From contig OZ244207.1 of NCBI GenBank assembly GCA_965216875.1, forward strand, positions 5,472,001 to 5,536,000: a stretch of DNA of 64,000 bases, read 5' to 3'. Positions 20,177 through 30,004 of this stretch are shown here, piece by piece; position 1 is the stretch's first letter; each line of letters opens with the position of its first letter. The stretch comes from Rubripirellula sp. (lineage in GTDB: Bacteria > Planctomycetota > Planctomycetia > Pirellulales > Pirellulaceae). The position numbers and the translations under genes were made by a program. Below the pieces are notes generated by a model. It saw only the letters and a list, made by a program, of their open reading frames with translations, was not told where the DNA came from and did no database searches.

Positions 20177-21385
20177 CTACTCGCCTGTTGGACCCAAAGA
20201 CTTGACGTACCGAACCAGATCCCAAACTTGATCCGGCGTCAAACTCAAGTCCGATGGCTCTTCGGTGATCTGTACCGAAGGCATCGGAGTTCCCGCGATT
20301 CCCTGAGCGATCTGGCGGTAGATCGTTTCAACATCACCACCGCCGCGGTACACGCCATCAATCAGTCGTCGCGGACGTATTTGTCTTGGCGGCAGTGCGC
20401 CGACCTCAAGAAACGGCTGCAGCGACTCGCGATCGGTGGGCGTGATCCCAAGCTTGGTCGAATACTCTTTAGACCAATCATCAAAGTCGAGCGTGAGCAC
20501 AGCACCGTTGCCCTGTGGTCCATGGCATCCGGCACAGTTGGCAACCTGCCCATGAAAGATCCCCTTGCCCCGTTCAATGGAAGCGACAAGTTCATCATTG
20601 AGCGCTGTCTTCATCTTCGGGACAGCAACCACGCGATCATCTGCGTCCACCCAGTCTTGCGCAACGCGGCGCAGTGTACGGCGAATCAATGCCGCCGGTT
20701 CCTCGCCACGCGACTCCGAAGACTCGGTCCACAAGCGAAGTTCCTGTTCGGGTGACTCTTCTTCGTATCCCAAATCGACGATGGCCGACAGAAGCAATCG
20801 CCTCTCGAATTCGCCGCGCACCGACAGATAGATGACGTAGTCGACGAGTCCGTTGATGTCTTCATCACCGAGCAATCGAAACGAAGGCATCCCGGTGTCG
20901 GCGACACCACGGCGAAGCAACGCTGCCAAATCATCGCGTGTCGGCTTTGCTGTCCGCTCGGTCGATTTCCATTTGAAAACGCCGTGACGAAAATCACGCG
21001 GGTACGGGTTTTGAAAGAGCGACGCAGGTCCAGCGCCACTTCCCGACACCCCGTGGCAATTGACGCAGTGCTTGCGATAGAGCCCAAGGTTCGTCCCTTG
21101 ACGATCACTCGAAACCGCACCCGCCGCTTGCTGCAACCGGTCCAAGCTCACCAACTGAGCCATCGCCCGATCATCGAACCACTCGCCCGGCCATCGAGGC
21201 TCGTCGGGCGTTCCAAAGAGATCATCGGCCACCCGCGAGACGTCAGCCACAGCGGCGGTGGTCGGTGTCGCCTGGGAATGGTCTAGCGTGCGCGCGAAAA
21301 CCTCGTTTGGCTCAAATCGCTCAAGCTGGGAATCGCAGCCAACCAGAACCAGCAGCGAAATCGATAATAGAAAAACGCGGACCAT
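20177..21385 (-). CDS. Diheme c-type cytochrome lipoprotein
   Basis: Lipobox LVGC; CVNCH and CAGCH; PRDF...FK and distal GMP/PMP Met motifs. Confidence 0.88.
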   Translation of the reverse strand: MVRVFLLSISLLVLVGCDSQLERFEPNEVFARTLDHSQATPTTAAVADVSRVADDLFGTPDEPRWPGEWFDDRAMAQLVSLDRLQQAAGAVSSDRQGTNLGLYRKHCVNCHGVSGSGAGPASLFQNPYPRDFRHGVFKWKSTERTAKPTRDDLAALLRRGVADTGMPSFRLLGDEDINGLVDYVIYLSVRGEFERRLLLSAIVDLGYEEESPEQELRLWTESSESRGEEPAALIRRTLRRVAQDWVDADDRVVAVPKMKTALNDELVASIERGKGIFHGQVANCAGCHGPQGNGAVLTLDFDDWSKEYSTKLGITPTDRESLQPFLEVGALPPRQIRPRRLIDGVYRGGGDVETIYRQIAQGIAGTPMPSVQITEEPSDLSLTPDQVWDLVRYVKSLGPTGE

Positions 21386-21594
21386 CAGAAAATTGAACCG
21401 CGAAAGGACTGATTAGACAATCGGAGCGCATTGTCGCACCCACTGATTCAGATCGAATCTACTGCGAACGGCCGCTGAGCTAGGGACATACGACACCCCC
21501 AAAATGCAAGCGGCTCACAAGTGAGTGACTTGTGAGCCGCGATCGCAAATATTGAATTGGCCAAACGTTGATTTGGCCCGACCGTTTCGCCCGA

Positions 21595-22506
21595 TCAGTC
21601 GACTTCGAGAACGTCTTCTGGAACGACGACCGTGCCCATGTCATTAAGGCCTGGCTCGATTTCGATCTCAAAGATGCTTCGGCGCCAATCGGTCTCTTCG
21701 CCATCGATGATGACCTCTTTGATCGGCCCAATTTCGTGGTTCACACGGAATTGGATTTCCTCGCCCGCTGGCAAGCCTTCGATCGTCAATTCACCATTCT
21801 CGTCACTCACCGCGGCATAGGGGTGATTGAAAACGAAAACGCGAGCCTGCATCCAGGGGTGGATGCTGCATGAAACCAACGATGCCGCTGGCTCTGCCTT
21901 CTCGAGCTCAACCGAGTGCTCGCCGCCAGCAGGGATCAGTGGGTTGGCTTGCGCGTTTTCCCAGAATTGCAGATTGGCGTTGTGCGAAACATCGTCCGGA
22001 TTGGTGACCTTCAAGGTGTCACCTTTGCGAGCGACGACGACGCGTGGTTCGAAGCGACAATTCTTGTTCGCAAGGACATGCGTCTTAGGTTCTGCAGCTG
22101 GAGCACCACCGTCATCGTCACCTTTGACGTACATGTAGACGACGATGTTCTTGATGCCCTTGTTCTCTTTGTTGACCAACAAGCGCTCGTTTGGCAAATC
22201 AAATTTGCCGCAGAAATTTGGGTCGGCGGTCGCCTTGAGTTTTTCGGGCTCGAACGCATCGCCTTCGTAGACGAACTTGATCTTCAAGGTGCCGGTCTCT
22301 GCTGGCGCGGGAGCCGCAACAGGAGCAGGTGCGACGACTGGCGTGGCAACGACGGGTGCAGGAGCCGGATTGGCAACCGTTTGCACGTCGATCGAGGCCT
22401 GTTGCTCAGGTTCCGAACGACCGGGAAAGAAAGCGATGCCCGTGGCGACGGCAGCCAGACCGGCAGCGCTCAGAGACATTTTCAAAAACGACATATTCGA
22501 CTTCAT
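21595..22506 (-). CDS. Exported cupredoxin-like protein, paralog 2
   Basis: N-terminal hydrophobic anchor, Pro/Ala linker, CRFEPR, HNAN, CSIHPWM; the ORF-track start overlaps the upstream gene, so ATG 22506 is used. Confidence 0.75.
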   Translation of the reverse strand: MKSNMSFLKMSLSAAGLAAVATGIAFFPGRSEPEQQASIDVQTVANPAPAPVVATPVVAPAPVAAPAPAETGTLKIKFVYEGDAFEPEKLKATADPNFCGKFDLPNERLLVNKENKGIKNIVVYMYVKGDDDGGAPAAEPKTHVLANKNCRFEPRVVVARKGDTLKVTNPDDVSHNANLQFWENAQANPLIPAGGEHSVELEKAEPAASLVSCSIHPWMQARVFVFNHPYAAVSDENGELTIEGLPAGEEIQFRVNHEIGPIKEVIIDGEETDWRRSIFEIEIEPGLNDMGTVVVPEDVLEVD

Positions 22507-22582
22507 GATTGAATTCAGGTTTCTGTAACGGGTGGGGATGGACTTGTTGATTGAGTTGTTTGTGGATGACTCACGGCAAGCA

Positions 22583-23383
22583 CTAGTCAGCGGAAAGTGC
22601 ATCGGCGGGGACCGTGACTGTTCCCAAATCATTGAATCCGGGATCGATTTTAACCTCAAACCGGCCATTCTTCCATTCTTCGTCTTCGCCGTTGACGTCA
22701 ACTTCTTTCAGATTGCCCGCTTCGTGAAAAACACGAAAGACAATCAATTGGCCGGCCGGCAGCCCCTTGATGGTGACCTCGCCCTGGTCGTTCGAGACCG
22801 CCGCATACGGGTTGTCCAGCACCATGACGCGTGCCGCCATCCAGGGATGAATGTTGCAGGCAACGACCGCTGGTTTGCCTTCGACATCGGTCAATTTGAT
22901 TTCCTGGTGGCCTCCCGCCGGAATGGTCAAGTTGACCGGTCGGTTTTCCCAAAAATCAATGTTGGCGTTGTGCGCAACCGTATCGGGATTGGTCACTTTC
23001 AGCGTGTCACCCACCTTGGTGATCACGATCCTCGGCTCGAAGCGGCACTTGTCGTTTGCCAGTTCGACGGTTTCGGGCTCGTAGTTTGCCGCAGGCAATT
23101 TCGTTTGACCGCGTCCGGTGTCGACATAGACCAAGACGTTCTTGATCCCCTTTGTCTTGGGATCAACCAGCAACCGTTCGTTGACCAACGGGTGCTTGCC
23201 ACAAAACTCTCCGTCCTGAGCCACATTCACTGGGGCTGGCTCGAACGACGGGCCACCGTACAGGAACCGAATCGTCACCGCACCGACATCCGGCGTGGTT
23301 TGTGCATTAGCGCAACTCAGCCACGCGGCGGTGATGAGCAACGGAAAAACTCGGCAGCGAAACTTCAACTCCAATTGCTCCAT
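22583..23383 (-). CDS. Exported cupredoxin-like protein, paralog 1 (start uncertain)
   Basis: Signal peptide, CRFEPR, HNAN, CNIHPWM; clearly similar to the adjacent gene over its length. Confidence 0.75.
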   Translation of the reverse strand: MEQLELKFRCRVFPLLITAAWLSCANAQTTPDVGAVTIRFLYGGPSFEPAPVNVAQDGEFCGKHPLVNERLLVDPKTKGIKNVLVYVDTGRGQTKLPAANYEPETVELANDKCRFEPRIVITKVGDTLKVTNPDTVAHNANIDFWENRPVNLTIPAGGHQEIKLTDVEGKPAVVACNIHPWMAARVMVLDNPYAAVSNDQGEVTIKGLPAGQLIVFRVFHEAGNLKEVDVNGEDEEWKNGRFEVKIDPGFNDLGTVTVPADALSAD

Positions 23384-23545
23384 GCGTTCATACGGCAGGA
23401 TTGAGTGGGCCAGCAAATGAGTGGTCACGTGATTGATTCAACACCAAGACCAGAATCAACGACTCGGATTGACTTGGTTTTGCATGAGCCAAATCGATGG
23501 GCTCAGTGTTTGAGACCCGACAACTACGTTCAACATCGTCTTCTA

Positions 23546-23597
23546 GGAAAGAAGAAAGGCGGCGACTGGAACCAAGGTGATTGAACCAGTCGCCGCC
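23546..23597 (-). terminator. Possible intrinsic terminator upstream of the cupredoxin/ctaAB operon
   Basis: GGCGGCGACTGG...CCAGTCGCCGCC 12-bp stem followed by TTTCTTCTTT on the minus strand. Confidence 0.5.
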
Positions 23598-23961
23598 CTC
23601 GTCAAATTAGTCGTCAGCGGAAAATGTGCCATCCCTGGGGTGGGGCTGTGGGAAAGATGGCAGATAACATCCTCCGGAGGGACTGATTTGATTTTATTGG
23701 CTAGAGGCACCTTGTCTACCGCTATCACGTGAATGGGGCAATTTTTTCTCCTGTCAGGTCACATTGCCGCACCCTGAATCTCTCTCGTTTTTGGCCAACG
23801 TCTCATCTTGCAACTCCGACTGCGACGACTGAGACGGTATCGAAGCTGTCGAATGGGGTCTGGCCCCTTTTTCCTTTCATCACACCCCCTCACGCGCCAT
23901 CGAATTGCGTCGTACCATTGCAACTTCGTTTCGAAAGACATGCGTTTGAAAGTGATGTGGA

Positions 23962-25251
23962 ATGAAGGTTCTGATTGTTGGCAATGGTGGCCGTGAGCAC
24001 GCTTTGGCGTGGAAAATCGCCCAAAGCCCACGCGTCGAGCAGGTATTTGCTGCCCCCGGAAATGCTGGCACAGCGCTCGATGCAACCAATGTTCCGATCC
24101 CCGTCTCGGACAAGCCAGCACTGGTCCAATTCGCTAAAGAGAACGCAGTCGACCTGGTGGTGGTTGGCCCCGAAGCCCCCCTCGTAGACGGCTTGGTCGA
24201 CGACATGGAGGCGGAAGGGTTCAAAGTCTTTGGCCCCTCCAAAGCAGCCGCCGAACTCGAAGGCAGCAAGGTCTTTTGTAAGAACCTGTTGCACACCGCC
24301 GACATTCCGACCGCCAGCTACCAAACGTTCCGCAGTGGTGAAGATGCCACGCGTTACATCAAGGATCGCTACACCGAACCCAACGATCCGGTCCCGGTTG
24401 TGGTCAAGGCCGACGGGTTGGCCGCTGGCAAAGGCGTGATCGTCTGCAGCACTCGAGAAGAAGCGCTCGACGCCATCGATCGCATCGCTTCCCAACGTGA
24501 GTTTGGCGAAGCGGGCAACGAACTGATCATCGAAGAAAAACTTGTCGGCCAAGAAGCAAGCGTGCTGGCGATCACCGATGGCGAAACCATCGTGACCCTT
24601 CCCGCGGCACAAGATCATAAGCCCGCCTTCGACGGCGACACCGGTCCCAACACCGGCGGCATGGGCGCCTATTGCCCAACACCGATCGTCGACGAAGACA
24701 TGATGGAGAAGATCGAAAGAGAAGTGCTCGTCCCAGTTGTCCACGCCATGAAACGAGCACGGAAGCCGTTCAAAGGTGTTCTCTACGCTGGCTTGATGCT
24801 GACCCCAGCCGGCCCCAAAGTGCTCGAATTCAACGTTCGTTTTGGTGACCCCGAGTGCCAACCTCTGTTGATGCGACTGAAAACCGACTTGGTCGACATC
24901 CTCGAAGCAGCTGTCGACGGACGCCTCCGTGAACTGCCGCCACTGGAATGGGACGACCGTCCCAGCATCTGTGTGGTGATGGCAAGTGAAGGCTATCCGG
25001 GCGACTACGAAAAGGGTCGTGAGATCACCGGCCTCGAGCGGGCCGATGCACTCGAAGACGTCAAAGTCTTTCACGCCGGCACCAACCTGAAGGATGGCAA
25101 AGTACTGACCGCTGGTGGACGCGTCCTAGGTGTCACCGCTGTTGGCGGCAGCATCAGCGGCGCGAAACTGCAGGCCTACAAAGCCGTCAAAGAAATCCGC
25201 TGGCCGGGCGCTTGGTGCCGCAAAGACATCAGCGACAAAGCCCTCGACTAG
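23962..25251 (+). CDS. purD: Phosphoribosylamine-glycine ligase
   Basis: GNGGREHAL, VVGPEAPL, KADGLAAGKGV, GPNTGGMGAY, EFNVRFGDPE. Confidence 0.98.
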   Translation: MKVLIVGNGGREHALAWKIAQSPRVEQVFAAPGNAGTALDATNVPIPVSDKPALVQFAKENAVDLVVVGPEAPLVDGLVDDMEAEGFKVFGPSKAAAELEGSKVFCKNLLHTADIPTASYQTFRSGEDATRYIKDRYTEPNDPVPVVVKADGLAAGKGVIVCSTREEALDAIDRIASQREFGEAGNELIIEEKLVGQEASVLAITDGETIVTLPAAQDHKPAFDGDTGPNTGGMGAYCPTPIVDEDMMEKIEREVLVPVVHAMKRARKPFKGVLYAGLMLTPAGPKVLEFNVRFGDPECQPLLMRLKTDLVDILEAAVDGRLRELPPLEWDDRPSICVVMASEGYPGDYEKGREITGLERADALEDVKVFHAGTNLKDGKVLTAGGRVLGVTAVGGSISGAKLQAYKAVKEIRWPGAWCRKDISDKALD

Positions 25252-25258
25252 ACAAACG

Positions 25259-25611
25259 TGAGCCGCGATCGCGTGAGCGGCCGGGCCCTGCACCGTTCGT
25301 AGTACCGAGCTTTAGCCGGAATCTTCTCACATGCTGGGCAGCAAACGGCGTGACCACGCTTCGTAGCGACGCTCGCCAGAGAGTCGTAACGAGGTTGAGC
25401 GGTCAAATCATGAGCCGCCACGCGATAGCGTGCGGTTTCTACCTTCCGTTGATCACCTGGTAACCGCGAGCTATCGCTCTGCGGCTGATTGCTCCCGTTC
25501 GTAGTACCGAGCTTTAGCCGGGATCTTCTCACATCCCGCCTAAAGGCGGGACGACAAACGGGGACGCGGAGCGTCCGAAGTGTGCGTTACCACGCGGAGC
25601 GTGGTAACGAG
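25259..25611. repeat. Mosaic cluster of several REP families
   Basis: GTAGTACCGAGCTTTAGCCGG x2 (25299, 25501); GTAGCGACGCTCGCCAGAG (25363); inverted AGCCGC...GCGGTT pair (25413-25486); CGTTACCACGCGGAGCGTGGTAACG (25585). Confidence 0.85.
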
Positions 25612-25698
25612 GCCAGAGGCCGCATACAGCATCACCGACGGCTCGACTAAACTACGCTCTGGTAAACACCCGAGCCCAATCGTTCCGAGACCGTTGCC

Positions 25699-27180
25699 AT
25701 GCGTCCGTTCTTGCTGCTCGCTTGCGTCCTCATCAGTGGCCTTCTGCCGCGCGATCGCACGATCGCTGCTGATCCCGATGCGGTGCGACAATCCCTGCGT
25801 CGTGCAACCGAATTCATGACGAACCATGTTGCCGTTCACGGCGGCTATGCCTGGGTATCGAGCGCCGATGGAAAGTACAGTCACGGCGAAGGCGTCGCTG
25901 GCCCCACTCGCGTATGGGTGCAACCGCCGGGAACGCCCGCGGTCGGCATGGCCTTACTCGAAGCTTACCAGGCAACCGGCGACGAAGTTCATCTCAACGC
26001 CGCGCGTGCCGCCGCCGAGGCGTTGATTCAAGGGCAACTCCGCTCAGGCGGCTGGGGCTATTCGATTGAGTTTGATTCCAAAGCACGCCAAAAGATCCCT
26101 TACCGCGTTGGCCCAAACGGTGGTCGCGACAAGATTGCCAAAACGCCACGTCCGGGCGGGTGGGACATCTGGCGGCAGCGCAAATTCAAAACCAACAAAA
26201 CGATGATCGATGACGATGTGACTCCCGCGTCGATTCGTTTCCTCGCCAAACTCGACCAAGAACTCAATTTCAAAGATGCCAGCGTTCACGATGCTGCCCA
26301 ATATGCACTGCGTTCCGTGCTCGGCGCGCAATACCCGATCGGCGCTTGGGGACACAACTACGATCGATACGCAATGGAAACGCCCAGCGCCGAGCATTAC
26401 CCGATCTTGAAAGCGAGCTACCCCGACGACTGGTCGCGGCGAACCACCAACGACTTTCATGGATGCTACATGATCAACGATCGCATCACGTTGAACATGA
26501 TTCGCACGATGCTGCTTGCCGCCAAAATTTACGACGATGATCGCTATCGCAAGAGCGCCATCACGGGCGGCCAGTTTCTACTCAATGCACAGATGCCTGA
26601 ACCACAACCAGCTTGGGCACAACAGTACGATCGCCACATGAAACCGGTCTGGGATCGCAAGTTCGAGCCGCCTGCGATCACGGGCGGAGAATCGCAGGAC
26701 GTCCTCGAAGTCCTTGTCTTGCTATACGAAGAAACCAAAGACCGCCAATACCTGCAAGCGTTCCAGAAGGCTTACCTGTACCTGTCCAAGTCACTGCGCC
26801 CCGACGGCAAACTCGCACGCTACTACGAACTGAAAACCAATCGACCAATCTACTTTTCCAAAGACTACGAGCTCACTTACGACGATTCGGAAATGCCTGA
26901 TCACTACGGTTTCGTGATCGACTCGCGGCTCGACAAGTTGCTTCGGCTTTACAACCAAGCGACCGGCAAAGCAAAGAAGTCTCCGACGCGTCGGCGTGAC
27001 CTCGCCAAACGGGTCGATGCGATCGTTGCCGCTCAGCGCCAAGACGGCGCGTGGCTCGAACCTGGTTTCGTCCGCAACGAAGCGGGCAAGAAAGTGATCC
27101 CGCCCGAAGGCATCGTGCAATCCGACACGTTTATCAAAAACGTCAGTCGCTTGTGCGACTATTTGAATGCGGACGAGTAG
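25699..27180 (+). CDS. Secreted pectate lyase-like protein (PL10/PelA-like)
   Basis: Signal peptide; Q..SGGW, DDDVT, AQYP.GAW, INDRIT, WAQQYD...P.W.RKFEPPAI. Confidence 0.75.
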   Translation: MRPFLLLACVLISGLLPRDRTIAADPDAVRQSLRRATEFMTNHVAVHGGYAWVSSADGKYSHGEGVAGPTRVWVQPPGTPAVGMALLEAYQATGDEVHLNAARAAAEALIQGQLRSGGWGYSIEFDSKARQKIPYRVGPNGGRDKIAKTPRPGGWDIWRQRKFKTNKTMIDDDVTPASIRFLAKLDQELNFKDASVHDAAQYALRSVLGAQYPIGAWGHNYDRYAMETPSAEHYPILKASYPDDWSRRTTNDFHGCYMINDRITLNMIRTMLLAAKIYDDDRYRKSAITGGQFLLNAQMPEPQPAWAQQYDRHMKPVWDRKFEPPAITGGESQDVLEVLVLLYEETKDRQYLQAFQKAYLYLSKSLRPDGKLARYYELKTNRPIYFSKDYELTYDDSEMPDHYGFVIDSRLDKLLRLYNQATGKAKKSPTRRRDLAKRVDAIVAAQRQDGAWLEPGFVRNEAGKKVIPPEGIVQSDTFIKNVSRLCDYLNADE

Positions 27181-27221
27181 GCAAACTCACCCGGAGAGCA
27201 AGTGAGTTTTACCGCCCGTTC

Positions 27222-27275
27222 GTAGTACCGCCTTTAGGCGGAATCTTCTCACGGACCGCCTAAAGGCGGGACTAC
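27222..27275. repeat. Inverted GTAG REP pair
   Basis: GTAGTACCGCCTTTAGGCGG ... CCGCCTAAAGGCGGGACTAC between convergent genes. Confidence 0.88.
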
Positions 27276-27321
27276 AAACGGCGCTAACCACACGCACTGA
27301 ACAGGCAATGATTCCGCCTTC

Positions 27322-28251
27322 TCAAACACGCTTGGTCGACAGAATCCGTCGATGCCCCTGCAGGTCTTTAATGAACCGCAAGTCCGTAAACTCGCTCGAC
27401 CGTTGAACGATTTCGGCACAGGCGTCGGCGATCATCGGGCTCAGTTCGATGATCAATCGGCCACCCGCGTTCATGTATTGCGGCGCGTCAGCAACCAGTC
27501 GCTCGATGGTCTCGGTTCCCGTCGGTCCAGAAACGAGCGCCATCTTCGGCTCGAAATCACGCACGGTCGATGCAAGCTCGGCAAACTCAGCTTCGCTCAC
27601 GTAAGGCGGATTGCTGCAAACGAGATCGAACGTTTTGCCCGACTCGATCGCGCTGAACAAATCTCCTTCAACTAGGGTCACCTGTTCGGCAACTTCGTGC
27701 TGATCGATGTTCCACTTGGCAATCTTTAGCGCTCCAGGACTCAAATCGACCGCAGTCACTTGAACCGAAGGCAAGTTCTTGGCGACTGAAATCGCGATGG
27801 CGCCACTGCCGGTGCCGATGTCGATCATCTGCAGCGGCACGCTGCGATCGCCGCCGTCCAACTCTTTGGCGCAATCAATCGCCTCGATGACCAAGTGTTC
27901 CGTTTCCGGCCGCGGGATCAGCACGTTTTCATCAACGCGAAACTGTAACGAATAGAACTCGCGATAACCGACGAGCTGAGCGACCGGCATCCCTTCGCCC
28001 CGTCGCCGCACCATCTCGCGAAAGGCAACGCGTTCTTCATCGCCGGGAACTTCGGCAAACGCAGTGTACAGTTCAATACGACTGCAACCGCGGGCGTGAG
28101 CAAGCAAGATTTCTGCGTCCAGCCTCGCCGATTCACTGCCCTTCTTTTTGAAGAACTCAGTCGTCCACTCCAACAACCTCAGCACGGTCCACGCTTCGGA
28201 CTGTTGTGATCCAGTCGCCGCGGTCTGCTTTTCTTCCTGGCCGTTGGACAT
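27322..28251 (-). CDS. prmC: Release factor glutamine methyltransferase
   Basis: VLIPRPETE, DIGTGSGAIA, SNPPYV; lies downstream of prfA; start set at MSNGQE. Confidence 0.96.
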   Translation of the reverse strand: MSNGQEEKQTAATGSQQSEAWTVLRLLEWTTEFFKKKGSESARLDAEILLAHARGCSRIELYTAFAEVPGDEERVAFREMVRRRGEGMPVAQLVGYREFYSLQFRVDENVLIPRPETEHLVIEAIDCAKELDGGDRSVPLQMIDIGTGSGAIAISVAKNLPSVQVTAVDLSPGALKIAKWNIDQHEVAEQVTLVEGDLFSAIESGKTFDLVCSNPPYVSEAEFAELASTVRDFEPKMALVSGPTGTETIERLVADAPQYMNAGGRLIIELSPMIADACAEIVQRSSEFTDLRFIKDLQGHRRILSTKRV

Positions 28252-28343
28252 TGCAATTCCTAATTGCGAGTACGGGCGAAACAGCGTTGGCGCTGTAAGT
28301 GTACGCCCGAATGTTTGATGCAAATGCGATCGACCGCAAACAA

Positions 28344-29426
28344 CTAGTCGACCATGTCGCCGCGCAACTGGTCGCGGTCGTATTCAATCAAAGCATCGGT
28401 CACAGGTGTGACATCCCCGGTCATGACCTGGTCCAACTTGTACAGAGTCAGATTGATTCGATGGTCCGTCAATCGATTCTGTGGAAAGTTGTAGGTTCGA
28501 ATACGTTGGCTGCGGTCGCCTGATCCGATCAAACCCTTTCGAGCCTGAGCCTGTTTAGCCGCTTCTTCCTCGCGTTTCTTTTCGTAGATTCGCGCTTTGA
28601 GAACACGTAGGGCTTTGGCAAGGTTTTTGTGTTGGCTCTTTTCATCCTGACACTGGACAACAATTCCAGTCTCATGGTGAGTCAACCGGATCGCCGACTC
28701 GGTCTTGTTCACGTGCTGGCCGCCAGGACCAGAGGCACCGAACTTGTCGACGCGGTAGTCATCCGACTTCAGTTCGACTTCGACATCTTCTGGTTCGGGC
28801 ATCACGGCCACGGTCGCGGCCGAGGTGTGAACGCGACCTTGTGTTTCGGTTTCGGGAACACGCTGCACGCGGTGCCCACCCGACTCGTAAGCCAAGTCGC
28901 GAAAGACGTTCTCGCCTTCGAGCGTCAGTGTGATTTCCTTGAAGCCACCCATCTCCGTGGCGCTTGCGTCCATGATTTCGACCTTCCAACCCTTTTGCTC
29001 GGCATAGCGACGATACATTTCGTAAAGGTCGCGAGCAAAAAGGGCTGCCTCGTCACCGCCGGTGCCGGCACGGATTTCCATCACGCAGCGAGTCCGATGG
29101 CTGTCTTCGCCACCAACCGTCAACGAGAGAAGCTCTTCCCAAACTTCTTCGCGCTGGGTGCGAAGGTCGGCCATCTCGGCTTCGGCCATCTCGCGTTCTT
29201 CTGCGTCTTCGGCCGCCTCGGCCATTTCCTGACAACCGTGAATCTCATCGGTCATCCGCTTGAAGTCGCGGTACTTGTTGGCAACCTTCGCCAACCCGCC
29301 GTGCTCGCGCGCAGCCGCACTCATCCGAGCCCCGTCGCCGAGGACTTCGGGGTCGGCCATGTCTCGTTCAAGCTGCTCGAAACGAGCAAGCTTCTCTTCC
29401 AAGGTGTCGCGTATGGATCCGCTCAT
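28344..29426 (-). CDS. prfA: Peptide chain release factor 1
   Basis: GTGGDEA, RF1 PxT loop ([14 protein letters not shown]), [14 protein letters not shown]. Confidence 0.98.
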   Translation of the reverse strand: MSGSIRDTLEEKLARFEQLERDMADPEVLGDGARMSAAAREHGGLAKVANKYRDFKRMTDEIHGCQEMAEAAEDAEEREMAEAEMADLRTQREEVWEELLSLTVGGEDSHRTRCVMEIRAGTGGDEAALFARDLYEMYRRYAEQKGWKVEIMDASATEMGGFKEITLTLEGENVFRDLAYESGGHRVQRVPETETQGRVHTSAATVAVMPEPEDVEVELKSDDYRVDKFGASGPGGQHVNKTESAIRLTHHETGIVVQCQDEKSQHKNLAKALRVLKARIYEKKREEEAAKQAQARKGLIGSGDRSQRIRTYNFPQNRLTDHRINLTLYKLDQVMTGDVTPVTDALIEYDRDQLRGDMVD

Positions 29427-29517
29427 GCGAGAATCTTAGCGGGAGAAGGCAAAATGGCCCAGTTGGGAATCAACCGAGAGAATCTCTGGTCGTTTGAGCG
29501 ACCGGGTGTCTCGGTAC

Positions 29518-29559
29518 AAAGAAAAACCGCACGATTCATGAGGTCGAATCGCGCGGCTT
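29518..29559 (-). terminator. Probable terminator after rpmE
   Basis: Imperfect stem CCGCACGATTC...GAATCGCGCGG followed by a T-rich tract on the minus strand. Confidence 0.5.
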
Positions 29560-29608
29560 GGTTCATTCGCCAAGCATCGTCGCTCGGCAAAGTGGCTCGG
29601 CAAGAAGG

Positions 29609-29848
29609 CTATTTCTTCTTCTTTTTCTTCGGACTAAGCGATCCGTAGGTGCCGGCAGCAAATTTCTTTTGGAACTTATCGATTCGACCAGCCGTGTCGA
29701 CGTATTTCAGCTTGCCCGTGTAGAACGGGTGGCATTCGTTGCAAATGTCGATTTTCAGTTCAGGACGAACGCTGCGTGTGGTGAAGGTGCTACCACAACC
29801 GCAGGTGACGGTCGTCTCTTGATAATCGGGGTGGATACCCTCTTTCAT
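29609..29848 (-). CDS. rpmE: 50S ribosomal protein L31 (zinc-binding form)
   Basis: [29 protein letters not shown]. Confidence 0.97.
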   Translation of the reverse strand: MKEGIHPDYQETTVTCGCGSTFTTRSVRPELKIDICNECHPFYTGKLKYVDTAGRIDKFQKKFAAGTYGSLSPKKKKKK

Positions 29849-30004
29849 GGCTCTCTTCTTCAATCAAGTGGAAAGCCGAAACTGGCTTGGTACAGGCTCG
29901 GCGTGAACCCCGAAATGTACGCGAGAGAGGCCGATTTGTACAAGGGCGTGTCGCTCTCTTTTTGCCCAGAAAATCGCCCAATTGACCGGTTTTTCCAGCA
30001 AAAT

